NCBI GenBank assembly: GCA_002269645.1
Contig: NIVC01000622.1
Span: forward strand, 1 to 64,000
DNA: 64,000 nucleotides
Direction of reading: 5' to 3'
DNA from: Macrostomum lignano
Taxonomy: Eukaryota
Made by a program: the position numbers and the translations under genes. A model generated the notes under the pieces. That model was given only the letters and a program-made list of their open reading frames with translations. It was not told the DNA's origin and made no database searches. Below, in pieces: positions 31,701-64,000 of the stretch (within the stretch, counting starts at the first letter, position 1; each line of letters starts with the position of its first letter).

Positions 31701-33290
31701 TCTTGCAGAACCTTATCAGGCGGATGCCGATGGGGGGGGGTATTTCAAATACCCAAAAAGTTATCCACGCCATAACTCTTGAACCCGACGATGGATTCGT
31801 CTGAAAATTCGCAGTACGGGCTAAAGTTTATCGAGGAATCTGATGAAACCATCGCCTACTCTCTCCGACACGAGATCGTCGAGATATTCAGCGATTCTCA
31901 AGGAGGTCCCCCTGTTTTTGAAGGCAAACCTCGAATTCAGTGGCTAGGTCTTGACACCAGGCAGTAAGGTGCACAAAATGATCCCAAACCTCATTTCAGC
32001 CACTGGTGAGGTAACCCAGAACACTTGTAGTGCGCTACAACAATGCCCCGTGGCCACCGTCGACCATCGTCAGGACATTCAACGAGCACATTCTGACATC
32101 ATCGGAATTTGAGATCCGAAACAAATTTCGGTCAAATATTTATTATGAAATCTTGTCAATGAGCAACCTACGACTCATTGCACTCACTATACTTCCTGCA
32201 CTATCCCGACCGTCTGGGACGACCGTCGGGACCTTCAACGGATGTGTCCATCGGACTTCTGGCAGTCTAGCATATACTTTGGCTAGAAATTCTTGATCAA
32301 GCCTCACCAATGAGCAACGTGAGACTCCCTGTCTCACTCGCTATACTTCCAGCACCATCCCGACCGTCTGGATGCCTGAAAATATAGGGAGTTTTCGTTT
32401 AGCATTTTCTGTTTTGTTCCGTAAACCACTTAATGAAAATCCATTGCGCCCTTGCTACATGCACTACATATGTACATTACGTATATGTTATTTGGACGGC
32501 TATACATGTACATGTGCATGCATTCGCATATATTTATAATAATAATTCGGATTAAGTCCGTAGCTTTTGGGCTTAAATCGACTATAGCTAGTACTGATTT
32601 TTATGTATGTATACATACTGAATGCTTTGAATCAAGTGCTTCCTAGAATCGACTTTTTCATACATTTGGCCTGGCCCAAGATTGTAAGGGGCGTTTACTT
32701 CCGCATACAGTAATAAGTGGCAATTTTTAAAAAACCCAAATGAAAGTTTATACACATTTTTTATAAGCATAATTTTTTTTAAATTATGGAATGCTTTATA
32801 CTTCTTTTCTTCAGTCAAAAGATGTAATTTTGTAATAATTTTTTGTTAAGCTACGCATTTAAGAACCCATATTTTACAGGAACAATGAATATTGAAATTT
32901 AATTTGCGGAAGAGAAGACCTTGATTCTGCGAGAGCTGTAGAAGAAGAAGTTGAATCAGTTTAAGCGTCGTGCGGCAACGCAAGCGCTTTATATTGAGTA
33001 AAATCAGATTGCACAATTCAGTCATGAGTCAGCCTTTGAATCAATTGATTCGTATTAAACTTATCTCTAAATAGCTTTTCACAAGAAATTTACTTTTCTA
33101 TTGCCCTGTCCTTGACTTAATTTTCTTGTGTTTGTCGTTGCTAATTATTTCAAACTAAGCAGAAGCATAGTAGTTGTAGGCCTACAGTACGGAAAATACT
33201 AAATTAGTCACCATTTAGCAAGCAAAATTTCTATTTAATCTCAATATTTATGTAAGTTTTTCTTGAGAAGCCATCTAAGATCATAGAAAC

Positions 33291-61973
<28,683 letters not shown>

Positions 61974-63324
61974 GTAAGCCTTGTCACTCTTTGCAGCGAT
62001 ATTTATTTCAATCGAATTACTTACTTAACTACCTAAAATACCTGTAATGTAAGAACCCGCTGGCTCTGTCTGAGAAGCTAATTAAATTAACTGCAGCACC
62101 TTTATGAAAGCTATTTTTAAAAAACTACTCCAATCTTGACTTACCTGAGAGACCAATTAAGTCACCTGTTGTAAAGTTATAGTTAATTACACCCGCCTCC
62201 AGAAATCTTATCTATCTGAGAAGCCAATTTAAATTATCGGCGGTGCCATAAAAGTTTATTATTACCTGTCTACTTACCTTTAGGGGCAATTAAGTCACCT
62301 GCGGTATCCTAAAAGTTAATTACACATCTGCTACCTTTACATGTATCTTATCTATCTGAGAGAGCAATTAATTAAAGTACTTGCAATTAGTCTCGTACAC
62401 TTTTGCATTCAGATCAGACTGTTCAAGACTCCCTAATTTACACCTATCAATTCAAGTCATCTAGCTAATGCTGGCTACCTTTACCTAATTAATAATAAAA
62501 TATCTAAGCAAAAATTAAATCCCACTACAATTCCTCACAGTTCGTCTGATATATAATTAAAGAGTGGCAGACTTTCGAGGGCTACGAAAGGTGTGAAAAT
62601 CATAAAAAATAGTACTAATAAATATTATATTGCATTGATAAACCTTACTAATAGTTCCCTAGCTCAACAATAACTTTATATAGCCTGAATTATAATATAA
62701 ACTGCTTTTGCCGTTTTGTTTCGGTTTAACTTCCGTCGCGTTTTGTGTTGTTTTTACCATTTATACTACTGCTGCTGCCGCTAATAAAGACTACTAATAC
62801 TATTTTGACAAAACCAAAGTGCAGTTAGTACTTTTTGAAGTGAGCTGTTTGGAAATCTTTGCCTGGCCCTCTCTGCCTTTCCCCCTCCCTCCTATGAAGC
62901 CACCGGATGAGGGCCTTGTCGCTAGCGAGAGACTGGCCAAGGCTAAGGCTAGGCAACAGGTACCTAATTAGAGTCCGAATACCTGCAAAATATCATCATT
63001 TATTTATTTTTCTTTCGCGGATGAAATCTTTATAATTGCAGCGGTTTTACCTGCTTTATACATATGTATACATATATTTATATGATTGAGACATCCAAAC
63101 CTTAAAACACCTGGCTTTATGATTGTTTTTATTTATTCCTTCTTTACCTTGTTTATAATTAATCGGTGTTGAGCTTGTGAATTGTATCCGATCTGGTTTC
63201 AATTCTCATTATTGCTGTCGAAAGGTTAAGGCGCTGCTATATAGAAAGTTAGTTATTTATTTAAAATCACCATTGATAAGAAAGCATATCTAATTGATGC
63301 TAATTTTTCTATGGTCGTTGCTAA

Positions 63325-63780
63325 GGAATTCCCCATTATGGGTTGTTAGATAAGGATTCCCCATTATGGGTTGTTAGATAAGGATTCCCCATTATGGGTT
63401 GTTAGATAAGGATTCCCCATTATGGGTTGTTAGATAAGGATTCCCCATTATGGGTTGTTAGATAAGGATTCCCCATTATGGGTTGTTAGATAAGGATTCC
63501 CCATTATGGGTTGTTAGATAAGGATTCCCCATTATGGGTTGTTAGATAAGTATTCCCCATTATGGGTTGTTGCTAAGGAATTCCCCATTATGGGTTGTTA
63601 GATAAGGATTCCCCATTAGGGGTTGTTGCTAATGAATTCCCCATTATGACTTGTTGCCAAAGGAATTCCCATTGCGGGTTCTTGCTAAGAAATTCCCTAT
63701 TATTGGTTGGAAAAGGAATTCCCAATTTTAGGTTGTTTCTGAGAAATTCTCCATTATGGATTTTTTGAAAAAGGAATTCC
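63325..63780. repeat. 28-bp minisatellite (ATTCCCCATTATGGGTTGTTAGATAAGG)
   Basis: Directly visible. Confidence 0.92.
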
Positions 63781-64000
63781 TCGCTAGGGTGTTGCAAGAG
63801 GCTTCATCTGTTGCTCAGTGTTAAAAATAGCCAGATAAAAAGCTTAATGAAGTATTGCAGTCGTGAATTTACTGGCCTCGTTAGCTGTTATAATGCTGTG
63901 AAATATTCAACAGTTGATTATTAGATATATTAATTATTCCATTTATATTTCTGCCTGCGGTTCTCTAACTCTGTCTGTCCTAATGGCACCTATCTGCCCT

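Noticed and set aside
31779-32380. Short ORFs and two repeats of about 60 bp right of the 31.4-kb minisatellite
   Set aside because: No recognisable motifs, termini or splice pattern. Probably a degraded repeat.

Overview
Eukaryotic (metazoan) genomic DNA. No rRNA, true tRNA gene or CRISPR array was found. 1-25.39 kb is a decayed, near full-length Polinton/Maverick endogenous virus. It has TIRs of about 0.85 kb, major and minor capsid genes, a packaging ATPase, an adenain-like protease, a protein-primed PolB, an integrase, a parvovirus-type PLA2, an adenovirus pX-like protein and several orphans. Its polB is split by a 9.7-kb non-LTR retrotransposon (APE-RT-RNaseH, 12-bp TSD), whose ORF2 is in turn split by a 3.8-kb DNA transposon (4-bp TGCA TSD). 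The Polinton's right end abuts a tRNA-SINE head upstream of spliced exons of an unusual GT-A glycosyltransferase-like gene (25.9-27.9 kb). At 29.2-30.6 kb, a 960-bp TSD-flanked retro-insertion sits on the initiator of a motif-dense TATA promoter. 33.3-62 kb is a Scribble (LRR + 4 PDZ) gene whose introns are filled with many unrelated minisatellites. That architecture suggests a Macrostomum-like flatworm, which is inference only. All calls are by eye from motifs and junctions; no database search was run.
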